Positions 55,085 to 64,000 of a stretch of DNA of 64,000 nt are shown one piece after another. The number at the start of each line of letters is the position of its first letter. The stretch's first letter is position 1. The notes under the pieces were generated by a model. It did not search any database and had not been told where the DNA came from. It saw nothing but the letters and a program-made list of their open reading frames with translations. Origin of the DNA: Candidatus Omnitrophota bacterium. Lineage in GTDB: Bacteria > Omnitrophota > Omnitrophia > Omnitrophales > Aquincolibacteriaceae. The DNA lies in contig CAIOAT010000038.1 in NCBI GenBank assembly GCA_903856085.1, positions 26,777 through 90,776 on the forward strand, read 5' to 3'. A program made the translations under genes and the position numbers.

Positions 55085-55809
55085 GTCTTTCCTCCGTTCG
55101 CGGCGCACGTATCCCCAAAGCGTCTTTCACGTCCTCTATAATCCTCGAGCGCCTTTTCAAATTCATCCCGTGTAAATTCCGGCCAAAATTTTTGAGTGAT
55201 ATAAAGCTCGGCATAAGAGATTTGCCACAAAAGAAAATTGCTGATCCTCATCTCCCCGCTCGTGCGGATCAAAAGTTCCGGGTCCGGCATATTCGCGGTA
55301 TAAAGACTCCGGGAGAAAATCTCCTCGGTGATCTCGGAAGGCTTGATCGCTCCCTGAGTTGCCTGTTCCGCGATCTTTTGACAAGCCCGTAAGATCTCAC
55401 GGCGGCTGGAGTAACTCAAAGCGAAAGTCACGACCAGACCTGTATTATTTTTGGAGGTTTCCATAGCTTGCGTGAGTTTTTTTTGCAATATCGCGGCAAG
55501 GTCTCCCATCTCACCGATCACATTAAAAACGCAGTTGTTCTTGATCATCGCGTCGATCTTTTTATCCAGATAAGAAGATAAAAGCCCCATTAAAAATGCC
55601 ACTTCTTCTTTGGGACGACGCCAATTCTCTTTGGAAAAAGCGTAGAAGGTCAGAAAGCGAATTCCCTTGTCCTGCGCGGCTTTGATGATCTCTTCGACGC
55701 GCTGAACACCGACTTCATGTCCCTGAACGCGCAGAAGGCCTTGCTTCTTTGCCCAGCGTCCGTTGCCATCCATGATGATCGCAACATGCTGAGGGATCGC
55801 GTTGGGCAT
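55081..55809 (-). CDS. uppS: Isoprenyl transferase (undecaprenyl-diphosphate synthase)
   Basis: HVAIIMDGNGRWAKKQG.. and the cis-IPPS fold, 242 aa. Confidence 0.9.
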   Translation of the reverse strand: MPNAIPQHVAIIMDGNGRWAKKQGLLRVQGHEVGVQRVEEIIKAAQDKGIRFLTFYAFSKENWRRPKEEVAFLMGLLSSYLDKKIDAMIKNNCVFNVIGEMGDLAAILQKKLTQAMETSKNNTGLVVTFALSYSSRREILRACQKIAEQATQGAIKPSEITEEIFSRSLYTANMPDPELLIRTSGEMRISNFLLWQISYAELYITQKFWPEFTRDEFEKALEDYRGRERRFGDTCAANGGKT

Positions 55810-55817
55810 GAAAGGTC

Positions 55818-58690
<2,873 letters not shown>

Positions 58691-58741
58691 CTTTAAATCT
58701 CCTCTTTTGAAATGATGGCTCGAAAAGTTCGCATCCTTCTG

Positions 58742-59860
58742 TTATTTACAACAGCAGCAGGAAGAACCGGAGGAGGCCTTCATCTCTTTGAGAGTTTGTT
58801 CGAGCACTTTGAGCCCCTTCTCAATATCTTGCTTCGTGATCGCGCCCATATGACAAATGCGGACGACTTTTCCCTTCATCTGATCGCCTTGCCCGCCCGC
58901 GATCGCGATCCCCTTCTCATCACGCATCACCTCGCAAAGTTTTTCACCGTCAACACCCTCAGGCAACCAAGCCGCCGTCACAGTCGACGAAGCCGCTTTG
59001 GAAAAAAGCTTCAAACCTATTTTTTGAAGGGATTCACGCGTAAAAGTGGCGTTCGCAGCACAGCGTTTAAAAACGTTTTCGATCCCTTCCCGTTCGATCA
59101 GATCAAGCGACTTCTGAAGCCCGATCACCAGCGTCAAGGCCGGGGTCCACGGTGTGTCGCTATCCTTCAGAGATTTTTCATAATGTTTGAGATCGTAATA
59201 AAAACGCGGCAACTTAGCCGTTGCCATGCGCGCTTTTGCCTTTTCGCTTACGCTCAAAAATGCGAGCCCCGGAGGGAGCATCAGCGCCTTCTGAGAGCCA
59301 GCGATCACAAGATCCACGTTCCAGTTATCCGTTTCGATCCGATCAGCCCCGAGACCCGAAATAGCGTCTACGATGAGAAGGGCGTTCGTTTTTGCAACGA
59401 TCGCACCGATCGATTTGATATCACTTAAAACCGCGGTCGAAGTTTCACAAAGCTGGACACAAACGGCCTTGATGTCAGGCTCTTTTTGAAGCGCTTCTTC
59501 GATCTTCTTCGGATCGGGCGCTTCCCCGTAAGGAACCTTAAGGCTAATCGGAACGAGCCCGAAAGCCTTGGCGATCGCCGTGAAACGTTCGGCAAACTTA
59601 CCATTTTCCACGACGAGGATCTTATCTCCTGCGGAGTGACAGTTGACCAAGGCTGCTTCCATGGCCAAGCTTCCGGAACCGGCAAAGGTGTAAACAGGGT
59701 TTTTCGTCAGGAACACTTTTTTGAGGCGCTCGGAAACATCCCCGAAGATCTTGCGGTAACGAGGCGTGCGATGGTGAAAGATCGGCTCCGCCATCAACTT
59801 GCGTGTGACTTCAGGGACAGGAGTCGGACCAGGTGTTAAAAGAATCGTGGGTTTGCTCAT
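58742..59860 (-). CDS. Class V pyridoxal-phosphate aminotransferase (serine-pyruvate/phosphoserine aminotransferase family)
   Basis: [20 protein letters not shown].. with an AGXT/SerC-class-V-like fold. It is adjacent to serA. It has an odd C-terminal ..SGSSCCCCK. Confidence 0.7.
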   Translation of the reverse strand: MSKPTILLTPGPTPVPEVTRKLMAEPIFHHRTPRYRKIFGDVSERLKKVFLTKNPVYTFAGSGSLAMEAALVNCHSAGDKILVVENGKFAERFTAIAKAFGLVPISLKVPYGEAPDPKKIEEALQKEPDIKAVCVQLCETSTAVLSDIKSIGAIVAKTNALLIVDAISGLGADRIETDNWNVDLVIAGSQKALMLPPGLAFLSVSEKAKARMATAKLPRFYYDLKHYEKSLKDSDTPWTPALTLVIGLQKSLDLIEREGIENVFKRCAANATFTRESLQKIGLKLFSKAASSTVTAAWLPEGVDGEKLCEVMRDEKGIAIAGGQGDQMKGKVVRICHMGAITKQDIEKGLKVLEQTLKEMKASSGSSCCCCK

Positions 59861-60459
59861 GATTTGGGAACCTCCATGCGAGTTGTGATGACCTGGTCGA
59901 CAATACCGTAATTCTTGGCTTCTTCAGCAGACATGAAATAATCGCGATCCGTATCTTTTTCGATGCGATCGAGCGTTTGCCCGGTGTGATGGACAAGGAT
60001 CTGATTCAGTTGTTCTTTGAGTTTTAGGATTTCTTTCGCCTGGATATGGATGTCGGAGGCCGTCCCTTGCGTACCGCCCCAAGGCTGATGGATCATCACG
60101 CGGGCATTCGGCAAAGAATATCGCTTCCCCTTGGTACCGGCCGCAAGAAGCAGGGAGCCCATACTGGCAGCCTGACCCAAACAATAGGTCGCAACGTCGC
60201 ACTTCACGAAGCGCATCGTGTCATAGATCGCGAGCCCCGCGGTGACAGACCCACCGGGAGAATTGACGTAGATGTTGATGTCCTTGCCGGGCTCTTCCAT
60301 ATTGAGGAAAAGGATCTGGGCAATAATGAGGTTTGCGATCACGTCGTCGATCGGCGTTCCGATGAAAACGATACGTTCTTTGAGAAGGCGAGAGTAAATG
60401 TCATACGCTCGCTCCCCTTTTCCGGTTGTCTCAATCACCATCGGGACCAAGTAGCTCAT
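59857..60459 (-). CDS. clpP: ATP-dependent Clp protease proteolytic subunit
   Basis: The catalytic Ser context is [11 protein letters not shown], followed by His/Asp. 200 aa. Confidence 0.9.
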   Translation of the reverse strand: MSYLVPMVIETTGKGERAYDIYSRLLKERIVFIGTPIDDVIANLIIAQILFLNMEEPGKDINIYVNSPGGSVTAGLAIYDTMRFVKCDVATYCLGQAASMGSLLLAAGTKGKRYSLPNARVMIHQPWGGTQGTASDIHIQAKEILKLKEQLNQILVHHTGQTLDRIEKDTDRDYFMSAEEAKNYGIVDQVITTRMEVPKS

Positions 60460-60477
60460 AGAACCCCCTTCAGTCTG

Positions 60478-61824
60478 TTATTTGGATTTCGCGTGCTGCT
60501 TCAAAAATTCAATGACCTTCTCGTTCCGGACCTGATCGAGCAACGTTTCCCGGGCTTCTTTATGTTCCTTGTAATATTTCTCGATCGTTTCCTTCGGCTG
60601 ACGATACTGTTGGCTCAAAGCCTCGTATTTTTTCCCGAGGTCCGCCTCTTCCGATTTGATGCCCTGCGTCTCCGCGATCTCATCCAGAAGAAAAGCGATG
60701 TGGATCTGACGGCGCGCCTCGGATTCAAACTCCTTTTGCATCTTTTCTTTTTCCTTATCAAAAAGCTCATCCGTACCGCCCTGCTGAAGGAAGCGCTGAC
60801 GCGCCTGGTCCATCAGGTATTCCGCCCGCCGCTGCAAAAGCCCGTTCGGCAATTCTATCTTATTATGTTTGACCAGCTCGTTTAAGAGCTCCCGTTCAAA
60901 AGCGGCCTCTTTCTCATCGGCATCCCGCTTTGCGAGATCGTCCGTGAGTTTTGTCTTGAGATCGGCGAGGTCTTTGTACTCCCCGGCTTGCTTCGCGAGA
61001 TCATCATTGAGCTCCGGAAGTGTTTTTTCCTTGATCTCCTTAACCTTCATTTTGAAGACGGCAGTTTTTCCGGCTGCTCTTTTATCCGCCATATCCTGCG
61101 GGAAAGTGATCTGAACGTCCTTTTCGTCTCCGATATTGACACCCACAAGCTGCGCGGAAAACCCCTTCAGGTATTCTTCCTCTTTGAGCTCGATCCAATC
61201 GTCATTGCGTTTTTCCATTTCCTTACCATCAACTGTGCAGACATAATCCGTAATGACGAAATCCCCCAACTTGGCCGCGCGGCCTTCGACTGCTTTATAT
61301 TGAGCATGCATCTCCTGGGTCTGTTTGAGCGCTTTTTCAATATCCTCGGACTTCACCCCGCTCTTTTCCTTCTTGGCGCTTAATCCAGTCACACGGGAGA
61401 GCTTGACCTTGGGACGGATCTCAATATGCGCTTTATAGGTGAGTTTTTCCTTGGAGAACTGGATATCCTTGATCTCAGGCGTCGTAAGAGGATTCAAATC
61501 TTTTTCCCGAAGCGCCTTAGGCAGAGATTCTGAAAGCAGCGCTTCCAGCACTGAGTCATTGGCATTCTTCTCATAATGCATGACCAACACATCGCGGGGA
61601 ACTTTTCCGGGACGGAATCCCGGCACTTTGGCGCGCGGGGCGATCGAATGATAAAAGGATTCAAACTCTTCGCTGATACGCTCCTGGGCCACTTCAACGG
61701 TCAGAATTTTTTCGCAGGCCTTACCGTCCTGCAATTTGATCTTGAGCAAAGAACCTTGGGGCTGCGAGGTTTCAAGGCTGGAAAGGTCTTCCGATGTTTC
61801 TTCTTTCTTCTTTTTCAGCAACAC
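60478..61824 (-). CDS. tig: Trigger factor
   Basis: The ribosome-binding N-domain is ..GFRPGKVPRDVL... A PPIase-like middle domain and a C-terminal chaperone domain follow. The ORF-track start (61893) runs into tRNA-Gly, so a GTG start at 61824 with an AAGG Shine-Dalgarno is proposed. The start remains uncertain. Confidence 0.75.
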   Translation of the reverse strand: MLLKKKKEETSEDLSSLETSQPQGSLLKIKLQDGKACEKILTVEVAQERISEEFESFYHSIAPRAKVPGFRPGKVPRDVLVMHYEKNANDSVLEALLSESLPKALREKDLNPLTTPEIKDIQFSKEKLTYKAHIEIRPKVKLSRVTGLSAKKEKSGVKSEDIEKALKQTQEMHAQYKAVEGRAAKLGDFVITDYVCTVDGKEMEKRNDDWIELKEEEYLKGFSAQLVGVNIGDEKDVQITFPQDMADKRAAGKTAVFKMKVKEIKEKTLPELNDDLAKQAGEYKDLADLKTKLTDDLAKRDADEKEAAFERELLNELVKHNKIELPNGLLQRRAEYLMDQARQRFLQQGGTDELFDKEKEKMQKEFESEARRQIHIAFLLDEIAETQGIKSEEADLGKKYEALSQQYRQPKETIEKYYKEHKEARETLLDQVRNEKVIEFLKQHAKSK

Positions 61825-61849
61825 AATAACCGCCTTATTTGTTGAGATA

Positions 61850-61923
61850 TGGAGCGAGTGGAGGGAATCGAACCCTCGTAGCTGCCTTGGCAAGGCAGAG
61901 CATTACCACTATGCTACACTCGC
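61850..61923 (-). tRNA. tRNA-Gly (anticodon GCC), CCA encoded
   Basis: Reverse complement of the plus strand: GCGAGTG TA GCAT AGTGGTA ATGC T CTGCC TTGCCAA GGCAG CTAC GAGGG TTCGATT CCCTC CACTCGC T CCA. All stems are Watson-Crick. Confidence 0.85.
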
Positions 61924-61933
61924 TTGTTAGATG

Positions 61934-62004
61934 AAACACTGCGGTCATCGTAGACGGCTGTCATTGAGCCGTCATGACGCCACATTTGTTCACTGAGAAC
62001 AAAG
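61934..62004 (-). ncRNA. Twin-hairpin conserved element, copy A. It lies between the predicted promoters and tRNA-Gly.
   Basis: Hairpins GACGGCT-n7-AGCCGTC (61953-61973) and TTTGTTC-n5-GAACAAA (61985-62003). It is about 75% identical to copy B, with compensatory substitutions in both stems. Confidence 0.45.
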
Positions 62005-62023
62005 CGACTTCCGGGGAGGCCGT

Positions 62024-62136
62024 ATTCTAGTCCCAATACTTATCAATTTCAACAAAGTTGAAATTGGGGCAATCCTTGTCAACCATTCGAAAGACAAACA
62101 ATGGACAAGGATAGAAGCGCGTCTTAACTTTGTCAA
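62024..62136 (-). promoter_or_regulatory. Two tandem sigma70-like promoters directed toward tRNA-Gly/tig
   Basis: Minus strand P1: TTGACA (62136-62131), 17 nt, TATCCT (62113-62108). P2: TTGAAA (62052-62047), 17 nt, TAGAAT (62029-62024). Confidence 0.35.
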
Positions 62137-62161
62137 ATAAACCGCTGTCATTCATTTAAAG

Positions 62162-62243
62162 TGCGGCCGGAGGGACTTGAACCCCCACACCTTACGGTAC
62201 AGGATCCTAAGTCCTGCGCGTCTGCCAGTTCCGCCACGACCGC
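62162..62243 (-). tRNA. tRNA-Leu (anticodon TAG), type II with a long variable arm, CCA not encoded
   Basis: GCGGTCG TG GCG GAACTGGCAGA CGC G CAGGA CTTAGGA TCCTG TACCGTAAGGTGT GGGGG TTCAAGT CCCTC CGGCCGC A. Confidence 0.85.
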
Positions 62244-62256
62244 AAACCTAGTCACA

Positions 62257-62282
62257 AGAAAAAGTGCGCCCTGAAGGAGTCG
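62257..62282 (-). repeat. 26-nt direct repeat of the tRNA-Lys 3' end plus 8 nt of trailer. The original is at 62433-62458.
   Basis: agaaaaagtgcgccctgaaggagtcg occurs at both sites on the same strand. Confidence 0.6.
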
Positions 62283-62370
62283 GCGCCTCCGCTTCGCTAC
62301 GGTCGGCCACCCGCGCTACAACCATGACTTTTGTCTGGTTGTAAGCAGCGCTCCCTTCGATTCCTGCAGC

Positions 62371-62440
62371 ACACAGTGCGGTTGTCGTAGAGGGCTTTCT
62401 TTGAGCCCTCACGGCACCGTACTTTTTCATTGAGAAAAAG
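62371..62440 (-). ncRNA. Twin-hairpin conserved element, copy B, immediately 3' of tRNA-Lys
   Basis: Hairpins GAGGGCT-n7-AGCCCTC and CTTTTTC-n5-GAAAAAG. Compensatory changes relative to copy A keep both stems paired. Confidence 0.45.
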
Positions 62441-62513
62441 TGCGCCCTGAAGGAGTCGAACCTTCGACCCAGTGATTAAGAGTCACTTGCTCTACCAACT
62501 GAGCTAAGGGCGC
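62441..62513 (-). tRNA. tRNA-Lys (anticodon CTT), CCA not encoded
   Basis: GCGCCCT TA GCTC AGTTGGTA GAGC A AGTGA CTCTTAA TCACT GGGTC GAAGG TTCGACT CCTTC AGGGCGC A. Confidence 0.85.
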
Positions 62514-62701
62514 AAAAACTCACAGCTTAAACCATCGATAAAGGGTATTGGCATCCTCTAAAAAGCCACCAAAGAGCGGGTATTCTACTCAAGAAAGTCT
62601 TTTTTTACAAGAAAGGGATTATCGATTTTTTTGAAAACCAGGGGACGATTCGAAGGTTGCTTTTTCGAATCGAAACCTCATAATACGCTCGAGGATATCT
62701 A

Positions 62702-63553
62702 ATGAAGAAAAGACGCCTTTTTTTATTCATCTCGCTCACATTTCTTTGGGCGATCCTGGGGCTCGCCCTCTGGGGCCTCCCCCGCCTTCCCGGGCTGGAA
62801 CGGGATCTTCTCCAGAGGCTAGCGAACCGTTCCGCTAAAGAATATTTCGCGGATTCCATACGGATCGAAAAAGTCTTTTTGGACTCTCACCTGAAGATCC
62901 ATCTTACGGGAATTACCGGGAAACTGAAAAACCGTAAAAGTCCCATCCCTTTGGAAATAGGATCCTTGGAATCCCAAGACTCCCTTTTACTTCTTATCGC
63001 AACAAAACCTGTCCGCTTCATCTTTACGGGAGTGCGACCCCAAGGATCTTCGCGCCCTGGATTTTCAGGAATGGTCATGATCCGAACGGGGACCGCTTTG
63101 CGCTTTGAATGTTCTGCCGATTTTGGAAAAACAGATTTGGAAGACTGGCAATGGCTTGACCCACAGAACCTTGCGGGAGCGACCGGTGCCATGAAAGGCA
63201 CTTTGACTTTCCGCCAGACTTTCGGCCAAGAGCCCGAATTCGGCATGGACCTCGAAGCCCCCGAACCCGGCGGCAATATCCAGGCACGGTTTTTTGATCT
63301 CTTCCTGCCTTATCTCCCCGCTTCCGTCCATAAGGAAAAGGTCCAAAAGATCTCCGAAAGCCGCGAAATGGTCCGCTATGAACGGGCCACTTTGAAGATC
63401 AACCTGCCCCAAAACGACAGCATGAAAGTTCTCCTCCAGATCTTCATTCCGGCTTATAATCTCAAATTGACATTGAACGCAACTTTGAAGGCCGACCAAA
63501 AAAACGCTTTCTCACAGATCACCCGACTCATGGGACTTTTTGAGGTAAAATAA
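62702..63553 (+). CDS. Hypothetical exported/membrane-anchored protein, upstream partner of the YnbE-like gene
   Basis: Signal anchor MKKRRLFLFISLTFLWAILGLALWGL. 283 aa with no recognisable motifs. Its stop lies 1 nt before the YnbE-like start. Confidence 0.45.
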   Translation: MKKRRLFLFISLTFLWAILGLALWGLPRLPGLERDLLQRLANRSAKEYFADSIRIEKVFLDSHLKIHLTGITGKLKNRKSPIPLEIGSLESQDSLLLLIATKPVRFIFTGVRPQGSSRPGFSGMVMIRTGTALRFECSADFGKTDLEDWQWLDPQNLAGATGAMKGTLTFRQTFGQEPEFGMDLEAPEPGGNIQARFFDLFLPYLPASVHKEKVQKISESREMVRYERATLKINLPQNDSMKVLLQIFIPAYNLKLTLNATLKADQKNAFSQITRLMGLFEVK

Positions 63554-63554
63554 T

Positions 63555-63779
63555 ATGAAATCCATCACAAGAGTAACCGTCCTGACTCGTTTAAAATTAA
63601 TCGGTATGGGGACCGCAATGCTCCTGACTGCGTTCACGATCGCCGGCTGCACCGTCAAGGCCGTAGGAGATCCCAACCGCCCCATCACGATTAACGCGAA
63701 CGTTGTCGTGGATATCCGGGGCCTCAAACAGACCGCCACGAATATCGAGGACATAGTCGCTGAAGGAGCCGCAAAATGA
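63555..63779 (+). CDS. YnbE-family small lipoprotein
   Basis: Lipobox FTIAGC, then PITINANVVVDI, cf. E. coli YnbE PITINMNVKIEH. 74 aa. Confidence 0.6.
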   Translation: MKSITRVTVLTRLKLIGMGTAMLLTAFTIAGCTVKAVGDPNRPITINANVVVDIRGLKQTATNIEDIVAEGAAK

Positions 63780-63817
63780 AAAACCATGACATCTTAAGTT
63801 CAAGGGAGGGTTTTACG

Positions 63818-64000
63818 ATGAGACATGCTTCCGCTTCTTTGCTTTCCATTTTTTTAGCAATGATGATCGCAATGCCCCTTTGTTTCGCAGGCACTTATGA
63901 TTTCAAAGAGATGACGCCCGCAATCGAGCAGGCCTTGAAGAACCGGCAAACAAGGTACCAGCTGCTCCAGAGCCTCAAGCAGGAAGGCGCTGTCGGAGAA
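63818..64000 (+). CDS. DUF1318/YdbL-like periplasmic protein. It is partial because its 3' end lies beyond the window.
   Basis: Signal peptide MRHASASLLSIFLAMMIAMPLCFA. Then ..EQALKNRQTRYQLLQSLKQEGAVGE.., a DUF1318-like pattern. GGGAGGG Shine-Dalgarno upstream. Confidence 0.4.
   Translation, partial: MRHASASLLSIFLAMMIAMPLCFAGTYDFKEMTPAIEQALKNRQTRYQLLQSLKQEGAVGE

Noticed and set aside
61825-61893. Longest-ORF start of tig
   Set aside because: It would read through tRNA-Gly (61850-61923), so an internal GTG start is preferred. The exact start remains uncertain.
62283-62370. Possibility that the DNA between the tRNA-Lys repeat and hairpin copy B encodes a degenerate tRNA
   Set aside because: I attempted cloverleaf folding of ..GCGCGGGTGGCCGACCGTAGCGAAGCGGAGGCGCCGACTCCTTCAGGGCGCA. 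The acceptor stem does not pair (GCGCGGG versus AGGGCGC). Only the 3' end matches tRNA-Lys.
62248-62430. 60-aa minus-strand ORF between tRNA-Leu and tRNA-Lys
   Set aside because: It spans the tRNA-Lys 3' repeat and the twin-hairpin element and has a low-complexity translation. This region is more plausibly non-coding RNA or a scar.

Overview
This is a bacterial chromosomal segment, almost entirely coding, with most genes on the minus strand. GC is about 50-55% by eye, except one clearly AT-richer gene at 39.5-41.1 kb. Contents, in order:

(1) 1-6783 (-): a three-gene OMF-MFP-RND efflux operon. The RND permease gene (1-3140) runs off the window edge, so it is absent from the supplied ORF track. 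I recovered it by translating the minus strand from the ATG at 3140.

(2) 7070-10762 (-): an XRE/cupin regulator, a secreted glucoamylase-like glycoside hydrolase with a CBM9-like C-terminal domain, a four-helix-bundle (IVS-family) protein, and a response regulator with an unknown N-terminal domain.

(3) 10775-22562 (-): a complete collinear type IV pilus locus. The order is an unknown membrane coiled-coil protein, a PilM-PilN fusion, PilO, PilP, secretin PilQ, ATPase PilB, platform PilC, three tandem near-identical pilin paralogs, and two further pilin-like genes. A 15-nt homopolymeric C/G tract sits 9 nt upstream of the start codon of one pilin.

(4) 22740-48973: a large glycosylation island containing:
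- four paralogous TMTC-like GT-C membrane glycosyltransferases with C-terminal TPR arrays (FxFDD motif);
- two polyprenol-phosphate-sugar synthase-type GT2 enzymes, one GtrB/ArnC-like with C-terminal TM helices and one DPM1-like paired with a DUF2304 membrane protein;
- four B12-binding radical SAM enzymes;
- two SAM methyltransferases, a DegT-type sugar aminotransferase, a GT4, a GT2, an NAD-epimerase and a polytopic membrane protein.
leuCD is embedded in the middle of this island. I consider this the most likely previously undescribed system: a bacterial TMTC-type O-glycosylation machinery with radical-SAM glycan tailoring, placed next to the pilus locus.

(5) 49155-61824 (-): a housekeeping block of dinB, proS, rseP, dxr, cdsA, uppS, purA, serA, a class-V aminotransferase, clpP and tig.

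(6) 61850-62513 (-): tRNA-Gly(GCC), tRNA-Leu(TAG) and tRNA-Lys(CTT). A ~70-nt twin-hairpin element occurs in two copies with compensatory stem changes, and the tRNA-Lys 3' end is duplicated as a 26-nt direct repeat.

(7) 62702-64000 (+): a hypothetical exported protein, a YnbE-like lipoprotein, and a partial DUF1318/YdbL-like gene.

I saw no transposase, integrase or CRISPR array. All functional calls rest on my own recognition of motifs and family resemblance in the translations; no searches were run.
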